Shown one piece after another: positions 9,695 through 19,388 of a stretch of 64,000 nt of DNA (positions are counted from its first letter, which is position 1; each line of letters starts with the position of its first letter). The position numbers and the translations under genes are program-made. Location: assembly GCA_027491435.1 (NCBI GenBank), contig JAOZFG010000028.1, forward strand, positions 27,955-91,954, given 5' to 3'. The notes under the pieces are model-generated. The model had not been told where the DNA came from, did not search any database, and saw nothing but the letters and a program-made list of their open reading frames with translations. Source of the DNA: Thermoproteota archaeon (lineage in GTDB: Archaea > Korarchaeota > Korarchaeia > Korarchaeales > Korarchaeaceae).

Positions 9695-10366
9695 GAGGGC
9701 CTCCCTCACCAAGTTGACCCTCTCCCTCAAACCCTTCCCCGAGAGGTTAAGCTCGTAAGCTACCCTGGCCGGCCTGTGGGTGAGCAGGTAAGTTCTCTCC
9801 GTGAGGGTCAACAGGTCCTCCAGCTGATGGGAGACTATCACAGTGGACACCTCCTTAACAACTTCTCCCAGGAACCCCTTCAGGGAATCTATGGTCTTCA
9901 CGTCCAGGCCCGTGAAGGGCTCGTCCAGCAGGAGCACGTCCGGCTCTAGCGCCAGGGATCTAGCTATGGCGGCCTTCTTCTTCATTCCCCCGCTGGCCTT
10001 CCCTGGATAGAGGGAGAGCTCCTCCTCCGAAAGGTTGAGCTCCCTGGCGTACCTCATGACCCTCTCCCTTATCTCAGAGGCTGGGAGCTTCATGTACTTC
10101 AGGCCCAGGGCTATGTTCTGGTAGAGGGTCTTCCAAGGGAGGAGCCTGTTATCCTGGAAAACTATGCCCACCCTCTCGGCCTCCCTTATTACCTCCCCGG
10201 AGTCTGGGACCTCCAGGCCGGCCATTATCCTGAGGAGGGTCGTCTTGCCGCACCCGTTGGGGCCTACTATTCCTAAAGCTTCTCCCCTCCTCAGCTCCAG
10301 GGTTATGCCGTCTAGGACCTTCTCTTTGTAGGACTTGTGTACGTTCAGAACCTTTAGGACTGCCAC
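9647..10366 (-). CDS. NitT/TauT-family ABC transporter ATP-binding protein
   Basis: Walker A GPNGCGKT, VFQDNRLLPW, SGGMKK signature and LLLDEPF. Confidence 0.9.
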   Translation of the reverse strand: MAVLKVLNVHKSYKEKVLDGITLELRRGEALGIVGPNGCGKTTLLRIMAGLEVPDSGEVIREAERVGIVFQDNRLLPWKTLYQNIALGLKYMKLPASEIRERVMRYARELNLSEEELSLYPGKASGGMKKKAAIARSLALEPDVLLLDEPFTGLDVKTIDSLKGFLGEVVKEVSTVIVSHQLEDLLTLTERTYLLTHRPARVAYELNLSGKGLRERVNLVREALLHLIEEVDQDSNPQE

Positions 10367-11064
10367 TTCCTAGCACCTCCCTCCAGGTAGGCCAGGAGCT
10401 TGTCCATGGCCAGTACGGTCAGGAAGAGTATGACGGACCAGGCGAGCACCCCCTCCACGTCCGCCAAGTTGTAGCTCCTCATGAGCATGTAACCCACCCC
10501 TCCCCCACCGCCGAAAGCCTCTGCCACAACGCTTATCCTCAAAGCAGTCCCTATGCCCACCCTGGAGGCAGAGGCCAATATGGGAACTGAGCTGGGCAGC
10601 AACACATCCATGAACTCGTCGAACTGGCTCGCCCCTAACGACCTGACCGCCTCCACCAACCCCTTATCCACTGAGTTTATCGCCGAGGTCACGGCGGATA
10701 GCAAGTGAGGGGCGGTTACCGCTGAAACTACAAGTATCGGCGGTAGCGGGTTCAGCACCCCCAGAGTGGCGACTAGCACTAGAGACCAGACTAAGGCGGA
10801 TGTGCTGTTGAACATCTCAGAGAGGCCCCTTATGACCCCTCTGATCACGTAGTTCTTCTGGGCCAGCACGGACAGGGTCATAGAGACGAGAAAGGATAGG
10901 GAAAACCCTGCAACCCCGTTATACAGGGTTCTAAGCAGGTTGGAGAACACCTCTCCTGGCTTTAGGCTGAGCACCCTCTCCAAGGTGGTTAGAGGGCCTG
11001 GAACGAGTCCTCCGAGTGAGGCCACCTGCCAGCCAGCCAGGAAAAGGACGTAGGAGAGGGTCAC
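10354..11064 (-). CDS. NitT/TauT-family ABC transporter permease
   Basis: EAA loop (LVEAVRSLGAS), VVAEAFGGGGGVG and multiple TM segments. The likely start is GTG 11064, just after the SBP stop. Confidence 0.85.
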   Translation of the reverse strand: MTLSYVLFLAGWQVASLGGLVPGPLTTLERVLSLKPGEVFSNLLRTLYNGVAGFSLSFLVSMTLSVLAQKNYVIRGVIRGLSEMFNSTSALVWSLVLVATLGVLNPLPPILVVSAVTAPHLLSAVTSAINSVDKGLVEAVRSLGASQFDEFMDVLLPSSVPILASASRVGIGTALRISVVAEAFGGGGGVGYMLMRSYNLADVEGVLAWSVILFLTVLAMDKLLAYLEGGARKWQS

Positions 11065-11066
11065 CC

Positions 11067-11972
11067 CTAGCCTTTCCAGAAGGCCCTCTCCGCCAGCCTC
11101 TCTAGGTCTTGATCTGAGGCCTTCAGGTAGCCCCCGTCCCTGGCTAACCTCCATACCTGGAGCACACCCCCTTTTGCCTCGTCAAGCGTGCCGGTCCAGA
11201 TGACTACCCTGTTCATCAGCGTATTGACCTCCTTATCGCTCAACCCGTACATCTCCTTCAGGACGGATGGAGCTAGCTCCCCCCACTCCCTGGCGTACTC
11301 TTCCCTCATCTTGACGAGCTCTGAAACCATGTCAGACCTGGCAAACTCTTCGGTGGCTACCCAAACCAGCATCACCGGCTTCTCCTTGGAGAACCTGCTC
11401 CAGAGCTCCATGAAGCTTGCCACCTCCTTGTGGCCTGAGGCCAGCAGCTTGCTCACCAAGGGCTCCCAGGTAACCACGGCGTCTACGTCCCCCCTCTTAA
11501 GGGCTATCGGTATCTGAGGAGGGGGCAGGTCGACGACCTGGTAGTCGTTAACGCCCAGCAGCTTCATGTAGGCTCTGAACATGGCGAAGGTCCCGCTGGC
11601 CGTCGTGGCCCCGACCCTCTTCCCCTTTAGGTCCTCCACCCTATCCAAGTTGCCTATTATCGCCTGGTTCTGGAGCATGTCCACAGCTATTATCTTAAGT
11701 TTCCCCCCCTTCAAGGCGAACTTGGCGTACATCTCGGCGGTTATGACTGCTACGTCAACCTCGCCCTTGCTCAGGGCTTGAGCTACGTCTAGGGGCTTGT
11801 CGAACCGTATCACCTTGAGCCAGCTCACCTTGCCCTCCATCAGGTCCAGGGTGCTTATCCCACCCTGTATCGTGGCCGCCACCACTTCCTCCCTCTTCTG
11901 CCCTCCCGTCAGTGCCAGTAACGCCAGCACCACTACTATGGCCAAGGCCAGGGGTATGAGCTTCCTGTACAT
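11067..11972 (-). CDS. ABC transporter substrate-binding protein (SsuA/THI5-like)
   Basis: N-terminal anchor, ALSKGEVDVA, VEDLKGKRVG and ALKRGDVDAVVTWEP. Confidence 0.85.
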   Translation of the reverse strand: MYRKLIPLALAIVVVLALLALTGGQKREEVVAATIQGGISTLDLMEGKVSWLKVIRFDKPLDVAQALSKGEVDVAVITAEMYAKFALKGGKLKIIAVDMLQNQAIIGNLDRVEDLKGKRVGATTASGTFAMFRAYMKLLGVNDYQVVDLPPPQIPIALKRGDVDAVVTWEPLVSKLLASGHKEVASFMELWSRFSKEKPVMLVWVATEEFARSDMVSELVKMREEYAREWGELAPSVLKEMYGLSDKEVNTLMNRVVIWTGTLDEAKGGVLQVWRLARDGGYLKASDQDLERLAERAFWKG

Positions 11973-14343
11973 GGTCTCCCTCCCGTTCGACCTCGGTCAA
12001 TATTTTAGCTGTTGGCCTCGAAGCCCCGCCCTCCCTTAAAGACTCGTAAAGGGAAATGAAAGCCACTAAAATCAGCGATAGGGCGGGCAATGAGCAAGGG
12101 GCTAGCTCCGTTGGCTCGCACTTGAACAGTTCTTTAACTAGGAGGTAAGGCCTCACCCAGGAGGCTGCCGCCAGCCCGACCAGGAGGTCAGAGGCTAAGG
12201 TTAGGTGGAGCGCCCTGAACGAGGGCATCAGGAGAACCCACCACTCCACTGGGCTCGCGTGGAAGAAAAGCAGGAAAGCTGAGAGGGCGGCCTCCGCCCT
12301 GAAGTTCCCCAGGTAAGTGAAGACGGAGACGGCCATCATGGTGACCACCAGGGACATCAAAGGGTCTAAGCCCATGAGCCCTGTAAGCCCCGTGGTGGGC
12401 GGCGCCTCCAGAAACCAGGCCAGGCCCCTGACCCACTCTCTAGGGTAGAGGGCCAGGTAGTAGAGGTTCAGGGGGTTCATGAAGCCGGCCACTAGGAAGG
12501 CCACGTCCCTCCTAGAGGAGGGCCTCCAGTTCATCAGGAAGAAGGCCGCCACCGGGTTTAGCGCAACCCCCAGGCCCAGGAGGAAGGCCGCCATCCCAGG
12601 GCGTTCCTTGAGGTTGAGGGCCCTGAGCACGAAGGCCAAGGCCAGGGTTGTCCACCCGAGGGGGGCCAGGAAGACCAGGAAGAGGGTCAGGTGAAGGACT
12701 TTAACCTCCCCCTCAAGCTCCTTCACTATTATCAGGGAGGCCAGGACCACCATGAGGCCGTAGATGAGCTCTCCCCCTGACACCGAAGCTACCGAGTAAG
12801 TTAGCCAGGCCTCAAGGGGGGTTCCGTGGTAGACGTGCTCCTCGTAAGGCAGCGGAGGGGAACCGGAGAACTCCCTGATCGTGGATAACACGTAAGAGGT
12901 CGGTAAAGTGTACCTGGTCAGGTTCAAGACGAGGCCTACCACAGGGGCCATGACCCCCAGGAGGGTTGAGGGGCTCCTGAAGGCCTCCAGCCAGGCCAGC
13001 TCTTCAGGGAGCGTGAAGCCCCACCTGAGGAACCTCCCCCAGAGGGCTGCCCACTCCCGTTTAACCCACTTGAAGTTGTCCGACAGGAATATGGCCAGGA
13101 CTGCAAAGCCCGTCGCAGCTGCAGAGCTCTGCTGAACCGCGTAGAAGCTGTAGAGGGTCCTGTTACCCTTGGCGTAGACTGCCGTGAAGCCCAGGAATAT
13201 TGCGGAGAACATGAGCAGGGGCAAGTACCTCTCATCCCTCCTTACCAGGAGGGGGAGGAGAAGGAGGGCTCCGATGGCGGAGCCCAGGTGGGTCACCACG
13301 TTGGTGACGGCGTATACGTCCGGGTCCACGTGGAGGGCCATGGGCGAGTAGTTGATCAGCCATCCCCAGGGGGGCGAGGAGGCGGGCCCCTCTCCCCTGC
13401 TGGTGGTGTGCCAGGAGAAGGAGCTTAAAGTCCTGTTGGCCCACTCCTCAGGCCCCCAGCTCAGGATCAGTGGGGAGGATAAGGCGAAGAATATGAGGCT
13501 GAAGGCTGCTGCCTTCGCCAGGGCCTTTAGCGCCCCCTCCCTCCTGTATATCCTCGAGTAGAGGTACGCTGCCGCTATGGGAAATAGCCCGCTGAACTTG
13601 ACGGAGAAGGCCAGCCAGCCTGATGCGTAGGCCAACTTCTTCCTCCCGTACACCAGGAAGAGAAGGGTCATTGTGGTGAAGAAAGCCAAATGTACGTCCA
13701 GCATGGCTATGTGACACATGGTCCTGAGTATGGGGTCCGAGACGGCCCCGGCAACTGATATGAGCCCTCCTATGAATCCGTAAAGCTTGTAACCTATAAG
13801 GTAGACCATGATAACTATTAGGAAGCCCTCTATGAGGCTAGGGATCCTCCAGCTGGTGGGATAGTCGCCTAGGACGGCCATGGAAAGGGCTATCAGGTAC
13901 TTGCCCAAGGGAGGGTGCTCGGAGTTCATGTAGTTGTGGATGTTCTCCTTGTCGGGGTACTGGAAGCCCCCTATAACCTCGGAGGCGTTGCAGTTTAGGG
14001 AGGTGAAGTTCTCCTCGGGCACGTAGACCCAGATCAGGGAGCTCTCCTCTGTGTAGTTGTTCCTGGCCACCCCTCCGCCCAGCCTTGAGAGGCAGCCCTC
14101 CAGCCCTTCGGGTATCTCCTGGTAAACGAGGGTGGCATACCTCATTCCATCCTTCTCGTACACTGGCTGGTAGTGGAACACCTTGACCAAGAGGTTCCTG
14201 GCTGAGGTGACGTACCAGACCTCGTCGCTCACGTAGTAGCTGTCCCCCCTCAACCTCTGAGATGTCACATAGCCGTTGATAGCCACGAAGGCCCCCGCCA
14301 GGGCCGCCAGCAGGAGGCCAACTAGAAACCTGCGGTCCCTCAT
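11755..14343 (-). CDS. GT-C glycosyltransferase: PMT/GT39-like N-terminal module plus a second membrane module
   Basis: YVSDEVWY (DE motif), NSEHPPLGK, SWRIPS, AMLDVHLAFF and SVKFSG. The ATG at 14343 overlaps the marC stop. The C-terminal ~70 codons overlap the next gene. Confidence 0.8.
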   Translation of the reverse strand: MRDRRFLVGLLLAALAGAFVAINGYVTSQRLRGDSYYVSDEVWYVTSARNLLVKVFHYQPVYEKDGMRYATLVYQEIPEGLEGCLSRLGGGVARNNYTEESSLIWVYVPEENFTSLNCNASEVIGGFQYPDKENIHNYMNSEHPPLGKYLIALSMAVLGDYPTSWRIPSLIEGFLIVIMVYLIGYKLYGFIGGLISVAGAVSDPILRTMCHIAMLDVHLAFFTTMTLLFLVYGRKKLAYASGWLAFSVKFSGLFPIAAAYLYSRIYRREGALKALAKAAAFSLIFFALSSPLILSWGPEEWANRTLSSFSWHTTSRGEGPASSPPWGWLINYSPMALHVDPDVYAVTNVVTHLGSAIGALLLLPLLVRRDERYLPLLMFSAIFLGFTAVYAKGNRTLYSFYAVQQSSAAATGFAVLAIFLSDNFKWVKREWAALWGRFLRWGFTLPEELAWLEAFRSPSTLLGVMAPVVGLVLNLTRYTLPTSYVLSTIREFSGSPPLPYEEHVYHGTPLEAWLTYSVASVSGGELIYGLMVVLASLIIVKELEGEVKVLHLTLFLVFLAPLGWTTLALAFVLRALNLKERPGMAAFLLGLGVALNPVAAFFLMNWRPSSRRDVAFLVAGFMNPLNLYYLALYPREWVRGLAWFLEAPPTTGLTGLMGLDPLMSLVVTMMAVSVFTYLGNFRAEAALSAFLLFFHASPVEWWVLLMPSFRALHLTLASDLLVGLAAASWVRPYLLVKELFKCEPTELAPCSLPALSLILVAFISLYESLREGGASRPTAKILTEVEREGDHVQEAHTPGLGHSSGAGVTGTDGRAEEGGSGGGHDTGWDKHPGPDGGQGELAQGDTVRQAPRRSSSPEQGRG

Positions 14344-14963
14344 CTCAACATCCCTATCCCGGTGAGCCAATCGGTGAGCCCTGAGGTGAGCATGTCAGCG
14401 GCCACGGCAGCCACTATTATGGCCATGAACCTGCTAAGCCCCCTAAGCCCGTTCATCCCCAGCACCCCCCTTATCTTGGAGGAGTTGGACAGTATTAGGT
14501 GGGTGAGAACAGTCACGACCAATGAGGAGATTACCAGCATGGCGCTGGCTGTTAAGAACCCGTACTTGGTCGTGTACTCGGTGGAGAGCACCAGTATCGT
14601 GGTCATGGTGCCGGGGCCGACTAGCAGGGGCGTGGTTAGGGGAACCACCGCCAGCTCCTCCTCTTCAACTTCCTTGGTCCTGGGCATCCCCTGAAGCATG
14701 TCTACGGCCAGGACTGCCAGTATTAGGCCGCCTCCTATCTTCATTCCGGTCACGGTAACGCCCAGGACCATGAGGAGGAACTTCCCCGTCACTGAGAACA
14801 GGGTCATCAGTAAGAGCATCGCCACGGTTACCGTCTTCACTATCTTTTGGACCTCTTCATCGTCCCTTCCCTCGGTAAGCGAGAGGAAGGTGGGCATGAC
14901 GCTTATCGGGTTCAGGATAGCGAATATCTGTATTATGGTCGTCAGCAGGACGTGAAGGTCCAT
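14340..14963 (-). CDS. MarC-family membrane protein
   Basis: FAILNPIS, KIGGGLIL, AVVPLTTPLLVGPG and SRFMAII motifs. Confidence 0.9.
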   Translation of the reverse strand: MDLHVLLTTIIQIFAILNPISVMPTFLSLTEGRDDEEVQKIVKTVTVAMLLLMTLFSVTGKFLLMVLGVTVTGMKIGGGLILAVLAVDMLQGMPRTKEVEEEELAVVPLTTPLLVGPGTMTTILVLSTEYTTKYGFLTASAMLVISSLVVTVLTHLILSNSSKIRGVLGMNGLRGLSRFMAIIVAAVAADMLTSGLTDWLTGIGMLR

Positions 14964-16495
14964 CAGATCCCTCCCAAAGGTCTTTCATCCCTGCTAGCCA
15001 GATAAGTCAGTAATAAAGCGATCCCAGGAGTTAGAAGGGCTAGGACGAGGCTTTCTGGGTAAACCTGGTTGGGCTCAACTAGGGCTGCGAACCCTCCCCT
15101 TAAAAGGGATGGGATTAGTGGTAGCAGGGCTAGGAACCCGTAGAGAATGAACTCCCCTAGGAACACCAGCAGAACCGTGCCAGACCTGGCTTGGGCCATC
15201 CCCTCAGTCCAAGCGGCTGGCTCCTTTGGAATCCTCCACATAACAAGCTTTGAGTTCAACATTATGCCGCTGTAAAGGGATAGGGTGTAGGAAAGACCTG
15301 AGATAAAGCCCAGAAGGCCTGAGGTAAGCGTTAGAGCGAGCACAACTGCTAGAACCAGGGGGAAAGTTAACGTAGCCATTGTCAGGAACTTCCCCCTCAT
15401 GACCCAGCCTCTGGACACGGGCAGGTGGTAGAGAAGCCTGGCCCCGTTGCCCTCGGCGGCGTAGGCGTAAATCACGGAAAGACCCCCTATTCCCCCGGCT
15501 ATTATGGCCTGGGGGAGGAGAGCTCCTACAGGCGTTTCCTCTGAAAGTATGGAGGGTAAGAGGACGAAGAGGGGGAAGAAAGCCAGGTAGTAGATGACCG
15601 AAGCCAACAACTTCGTGTTCCTGAGCAGGAGCTTCAGATCCTTCACAACCGGGTAGAATGAGGGATATCTTGTAACTGTCCACTCTCCCATCTCTTCAGG
15701 GGCCTCATACTCTTCAACAACTGTAGCGGCCCTCCAGAACCTGTCAGACCCATACTTGAAGGTTAAGAGGGCCAAAGCCAGTGTAATCAGGGATGTGATG
15801 GAGGCGCTGAGATCTCCTAGCCCGGCCAGCCCGTAGGAGAAGGGGGGCACGTTGAGTGGCCTCTCGCCCCACTTGGGCAGGAACTGATACAGGAGCCCGA
15901 AGCTGAACAGAGCTATCCAGGCGGTTAGAGATGCTAACCTCCTCACAAGGCTCCTGGAGTACCTGGTGTAGAGTGATCCAGCTATCAAGGCCAAGCCGGC
16001 CGAGAGGATCATCAGGGTGATAGCCTCCAGGACTCCCCAGAGGGTTATGAGGGGGCCAAACCTCACCCCAAGCACTAAAGAGGGAGTTATGACCAGGAAG
16101 GGATAGGAGAAGGAGCCCATATAAAGAAGAGCGCCCAAGACCGCCTTTCTGACGGTAGGCCGGTCTAGGGGAAGATGCCTCAGCGGCTCCAGGAGCCTGT
16201 CCTCCTGGATTACGTGAAGGCTCATGGCCAGGGTGAAGGCCCCCATGAGGAGCTCCATTATGCCAAGGAAGCCCAGCACGCTCGACACTATCAAGGGCAG
16301 CTCCTCTCCTGATATGAAGTAGATGGGGAGCACTGTGATCAAAGAGATCACAGAAAATAGGGCTATCCCCAGGAGGTTGGACTTTACCATGCTCCCGTAG
16401 AAGTAAGTGAGCAGCTTCCTCTTCCCCCTCCTCTTAGAAATTCTGTAGGCTGACTCCTTGGCTAGGACCTGAGCTATCACCTTCCAGTCGGCCAA
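14963..16495 (-). CDS. ABC-2 type exporter permease (duplicated membrane module)
   Basis: About 12 TM segments, the repeated motif LRHLPL / LYHLPV, KDLKLLLR, and adjacency to an ABC ATPase. Confidence 0.75.
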   Translation of the reverse strand: MADWKVIAQVLAKESAYRISKRRGKRKLLTYFYGSMVKSNLLGIALFSVISLITVLPIYFISGEELPLIVSSVLGFLGIMELLMGAFTLAMSLHVIQEDRLLEPLRHLPLDRPTVRKAVLGALLYMGSFSYPFLVITPSLVLGVRFGPLITLWGVLEAITLMILSAGLALIAGSLYTRYSRSLVRRLASLTAWIALFSFGLLYQFLPKWGERPLNVPPFSYGLAGLGDLSASITSLITLALALLTFKYGSDRFWRAATVVEEYEAPEEMGEWTVTRYPSFYPVVKDLKLLLRNTKLLASVIYYLAFFPLFVLLPSILSEETPVGALLPQAIIAGGIGGLSVIYAYAAEGNGARLLYHLPVSRGWVMRGKFLTMATLTFPLVLAVVLALTLTSGLLGFISGLSYTLSLYSGIMLNSKLVMWRIPKEPAAWTEGMAQARSGTVLLVFLGEFILYGFLALLPLIPSLLRGGFAALVEPNQVYPESLVLALLTPGIALLLTYLASRDERPLGGI

Positions 16496-16496
16496 C

Positions 16497-17255
16497 TCAT
16501 CCCCTCCATAGAAGTTCCAGTAGCTCCTTTAACTCGGAGGATAGTCCGGTAACCTCCAGGAAGACCTCTTCAAGCCCTTTCTCCTCTTTAGCGCTTCTAA
16601 GCTCTTCCCTGTTGCCCTTGAGCACCACCTTCCCCCTGTGCATTATCGTGACCTCATCAGCTACAGCCTCAGCGAGCTCAAGCACGTGGGTGGAGAAGAT
16701 GACCGTCCTACCCTCGGAAGCGAACTTCCTCAAGAACTCCTTTAGGATCCTCCCCGCTTCGGGATCTAGGCCGGAGAAGGGTTCATCCAGAATTATCAGG
16801 GAGGGGTCGTGCAGGAAAGCCAGTACCAGGGACAGCTTCCTCCTGTTGCCGTGACTGAGCTCTCCTGCCAACTTGTTCATGTGCTCGTCAAGTTTGAACA
16901 GTTTCACTAGGAGGGCTGACCTCTCTACCAGCCTATCCCTCTCTATTCCGTAGATTGAACCGTAGAGAGAGATGTGCTCAGCTGGGGTTAGGCTCTCGTA
17001 CAGTATTATCTCCTCAGGAGAGTAGCCTGTGATACTCCTAGCCCTGATGGGCTCCTTAACGGGGTCTATTGAGTCCACGTAAACATTACCAGAGTCTGGC
17101 ACTACTACGCCCAGGGCCATCTTCATCAGGGTGCTCTTCCCCGACCCGTTGGGCCCTAGGAGGGCGTGAACCTTGCCAGGTTCAAAGGTGACGGTAACCC
17201 CGTTGACTGCCAGAACTTCGCCGAACCTCTTGCTCACTCCCTCATACCTTAGCAT
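16497..17255 (-). CDS. ABC-2 type exporter ATP-binding protein
   Basis: GPNGSGKST, LSHGNRR, ILDEPFSGLD, FSTH and LEEVFL. Confidence 0.92.
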   Translation of the reverse strand: MLRYEGVSKRFGEVLAVNGVTVTFEPGKVHALLGPNGSGKSTLMKMALGVVVPDSGNVYVDSIDPVKEPIRARSITGYSPEEIILYESLTPAEHISLYGSIYGIERDRLVERSALLVKLFKLDEHMNKLAGELSHGNRRKLSLVLAFLHDPSLIILDEPFSGLDPEAGRILKEFLRKFASEGRTVIFSTHVLELAEAVADEVTIMHRGKVVLKGNREELRSAKEEKGLEEVFLEVTGLSSELKELLELLWRG

Positions 17256-18624
17256 GCTTTACACCCGTTAACTCTGGGATTATTCTGCTGAAACAGGAGT
17301 CTAGGGCCTCTCCGGTACAGATGAAGGGCTCCCCTTTCAGAGGTTTAATTATGTGGTAGGTGTGAGACATCTCATTCCCGTTAACATCGAGCCTGTCCAA
17401 AACGACTAAGTCGCTGAACTCGGCCGCTGGAACGTCCTCCTCAGGGAACTTAGAGGTTATGAACCTTACTCCTATTATCCCCTTGCTCCTGAAGTCTAGG
17501 GCTGAGTTGTACTGCAGGGAGATCAGCATCCTCTTGTCGCTGAATATCCTGTGGAGGATCCCGTAGCCCTCCATTATGACTATGTCTGGGTTAGCCCTAA
17601 CTATCACCCTAGTCTCCCTGTCGAGAATTGCGGTGAGGGAAATCCTGGTGGGGTTGAAGCCCTCCTCGAACGCTACCCTCTCCTCCAGCGCCTTGGGGTT
17701 GCCCCCGTAAGCAGATATGACGTCCTTCATTCTGTAGTAGGTCCTGCTCAGGAGGCCGCTGTAGTTGAGGAAACCCACTTTTAAGTCGTTGTTGAGTATA
17801 AGGGATGCCAGATAGGCATATATATGCCTAGAGATGGACGTTCCTGGCTCGTTTATCACAAGAATCTGTGTCCCTGAGAGTACAGGCCCTATTGCCTTGT
17901 CAACTAACTCACACCCGGTCACATAACGCTTCCTGACCAGCTCCTTGGGAGGAAAGGGTTTTGGAACCACGAACTTCAGGCCCTCGCCCCAGGATATGGT
18001 GTAAGGTATCTTAACAACGTGCAGGGGAGCTGTCCTAACCTTCTTTATCTCCAGGTACCTGTTCACCACCTCTCCCTCGTACTCAGACCTGAGCTTCAGT
18101 ATCACGTCGGCGTAAAGGCCCACCCAGTCCAGTTCATCCCTGAGCACGTCGCCCAGCATTATCAGGGTGGCGTTCAGCGCTGAGGTTATCTGGTAGATGC
18201 CCAGGGGTAGGCCTTCGAACCCCATCTTGTTAGTGAAGATCCTGTGCATCCCGTCCACTATGACTATGTCGGCTTTGAACTCCTCGGCCCACTTGGCGAA
18301 GGTTTCTGACATGAGCACGACTACGTCTTGGGCCTCCAACATGAGCAGGTGAACGTACCTGAACAGGCCCATCTTCTTTATCTCCTCGAAGTCGAAGCCT
18401 ATGGACTTCATGAAGGAGAGGAACCTGGCCTCATCCTCTAATGTGCTTATGAAGAGGACCCTCTTCCCGTTGAGAAGGGCGTTCATGAAGGCTATCTGGG
18501 CGGCAAATATGGTCTTACCCGAGCCAGGCTCCCCGAATATGGCTATGAAACACCCCCTTCGAAACCCGCCCCCGAGGAGGTCGTCGAGTTCAGGGTCGCC
18601 GGTCGTCACGTAATCTACGCTCAT
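17242..18624 (-). CDS. KaiC/RAD55-like RecA-superfamily ATPase with two domains, the second degenerate
   Basis: TTGDPELDDLLGGG, GEPGSGKT, IVIVDG and RYLEIKKVR. The second repeat starts VTGCELVDKAIG and has the broken P-loop NEPGTSIS. Confidence 0.85.
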   Translation of the reverse strand: MSVDYVTTGDPELDDLLGGGFRRGCFIAIFGEPGSGKTIFAAQIAFMNALLNGKRVLFISTLEDEARFLSFMKSIGFDFEEIKKMGLFRYVHLLMLEAQDVVVLMSETFAKWAEEFKADIVIVDGMHRIFTNKMGFEGLPLGIYQITSALNATLIMLGDVLRDELDWVGLYADVILKLRSEYEGEVVNRYLEIKKVRTAPLHVVKIPYTISWGEGLKFVVPKPFPPKELVRKRYVTGCELVDKAIGPVLSGTQILVINEPGTSISRHIYAYLASLILNNDLKVGFLNYSGLLSRTYYRMKDVISAYGGNPKALEERVAFEEGFNPTRISLTAILDRETRVIVRANPDIVIMEGYGILHRIFSDKRMLISLQYNSALDFRSKGIIGVRFITSKFPEEDVPAAEFSDLVVLDRLDVNGNEMSHTYHIIKPLKGEPFICTGEALDSCFSRIIPELTGVKHAKV

Positions 18625-19388
18625 CCCGTGAATCGTTCAAGCAAATGTTATAATCTTTATTGAGGAGTGAGTTCATTTGACTCTTGCTGAGGGTCGTTTG
18701 ATTCCTTTGAAAATGCAGTGTTTAGCGGCTTGTTGGTAGGGGCCTCATCAACTTTTAATTTCGTAGAGCGGAGGGAGGTGAAACATCGCTTCAATGGTTA
18801 ACATAACTAATTTTTAGAACTTCGGCTATGATTAATTCTGATTAGATCTCGCGACATCGGCTCGACGAGCAATGATAAGTAGTTTTCTTCCACATATTTC
18901 CTCACTTCCAACGTGTACAGCCCAACCTCGCCACATAGGTACTCCTCTGGGCCCCCTCCTGCTTCAAGAACATGTTTGCCCTATAACAGAGAGCCTATAC
19001 CGCTAAGAGCGCTACAACGGGGTTTAACTCTGTAGAGAACCTGGGTAGTGGGAGATCGGGGATTACAACTCTTTGGATGTAAGGGATTTGTATCTGTCAA
19101 ACCTTGTCATGGTCAGGAATCCGACGTGCTTGACTATAGATGAATTTGTGAAGCTCGAAGGCCCTTTACTTAAGGTTGGTGAGACCATCAAGACGTCTAC
19201 CCGCCTAAAGGGGTTGATGAATCTGCGATGGTGTACATTAAAAATCGACATTATAGGGCAGGCTTAAGTCAGGGGCATTGGGCCCAACCTAAGTTCTAAA
19301 GAGGTGATGAAGAGGCTTATACAGCTTAATTGGTCTCGAGAGCACGGTGCTACTCATAGCAAGGCTTAATAATAGCTTTAGTTTCTCA

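Noticed and set aside
19205-19370. TGATGA box C-like motifs suggesting C/D sRNAs
   Set aside because: No CTGA box D at a suitable distance downstream.
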